Source of the DNA: PVC group bacterium
GTDB taxonomy: Bacteria > Auribacterota > Erginobacteria > Erginobacterales > Erginobacteraceae
Assembly: GCA_043804695.1 (NCBI GenBank)
Contig: JAZDIV010000071.1
Location: 1-23,735 of the forward strand
Direction: 5' to 3'
Length of the DNA: 23,735 nucleotides
Positions 23,324 through 23,735 of the stretch are shown here, piece by piece. Below the pieces are notes generated by a model. That model was given only the letters and a program-made list of their open reading frames with translations, ran no database searches and had not been told where the DNA came from. The position numbers were made by a program, and so were the translations under genes. Position 1 is the first letter of the stretch; each line of letters opens with the position of its first letter.

Positions 23324-23546
23324 AAATCCCAAATTCCAAGCGCCTCAGCCAAAGGCTGATCTCCTCCAGAGGCGGATCAGCCTCGGGCTGAAGCCTCCGG
23401 CTGAAAATAACAAATAAATCACAAATAAATTCCTCAGCCAAAGGCTGATCAGCCTCCGGCTGAAAATCACAATGACCAAAACGATCAGGCTACACCGTCA
23501 GATGTGGAACGGTTGTTTGTTATTTGGGATTTGTTATTTGAAATTT
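23324..23546. repeat. Paired inverted heptamer arrays with three 30-bp element insertions, one nested
   Basis: Left array 23324-23477 is interrupted at 23345-23404 (nested pair) and at 23434-23463. Right array gttattt gggattt gttattt gaaattt (23519-23546). Confidence 0.85.
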
Positions 23547-23594
23547 CGGGCTCTCTTCCATTTTGTGTGGGTAGTTATTCACCACCGGGCTTGT

Positions 23595-23735
23595 CCTGCC
23601 CTTATCCCGTAAAATAAGCTGGTAGGAATCATTCATCTGCTAATGAGAACCCCATACACATTGTTTGCAAGCATGAATAACCTTTCCACAACACCTCATG
23701 ACCGGGTGGTGGATCTTTACCTCGGCCCAGATATC
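23595..23735 (-). mobile_element. Right end of an IS4-family (IS50/Tn5-like) insertion sequence, truncated by the window edge
   Basis: Putative end CCTGCCCTTATCCCGTAA has CTTAT at positions 7-11, as in Tn5 ends. It lies just downstream of the transposase stop codon. Confidence 0.65.
23629..23735 (-). CDS. IS4-family transposase, C-terminal fragment (partial)
   Basis: Manual translation from 23733 gives YLGRGKDPPPGHEVLWKGYSCLQTMCMGFSLADE*, matching the G-YLGR-x-x-D-x-x-PG-x-x-x-LW-x-G motif of Tn5-like C-terminal domains. Confidence 0.8.
   Translation of the reverse strand, partial: YLGRGKDPPPGHEVLWKGYSCLQTMCMGFSLADE

Overview
Bacterial chromosomal window with GC-rich genes and AT-rich intergenic gaps. 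Nearly all genes are on the minus strand. The GroEL N-terminus, the dnaK-groES-groEL order and a DUF4032-like protein suggest a PVC-group anaerobe, but this is unverified. Genes from left to right: MurC/Mpl-like ligase, RNase Z-type MBL hydrolase, nagZ, a triple-repeat DUF4032-like protein (+), a TMTC-like GT-C/TPR membrane protein, an ArsR regulator, clpB, rluB-type pseudouridine synthase, comF, groEL, groES, dnaK, cdd (+), priA, family-4 UDG, cooC/acsF, a core (MesB-like) methionine synthase, and the 3' end of an IS4/IS50-like transposase that the ORF track missed. The main surprises are intergenic. (1) A 30-bp double-hairpin element occurs as 7 complete copies plus 1 partial copy. It sits without target duplication inside paired inverted short-period repeat arrays and also inserts into itself. 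(2) An identical 26-bp palindrome abuts the Shine-Dalgarno of both clpB and groES, and no CIRCE was seen. (3) dnaK has a canonical sigma54-type promoter. (4) There are many GNA-triloop, REP-like and TAACC-ended hairpins. No rRNA, tRNA or CRISPR array was recognised.
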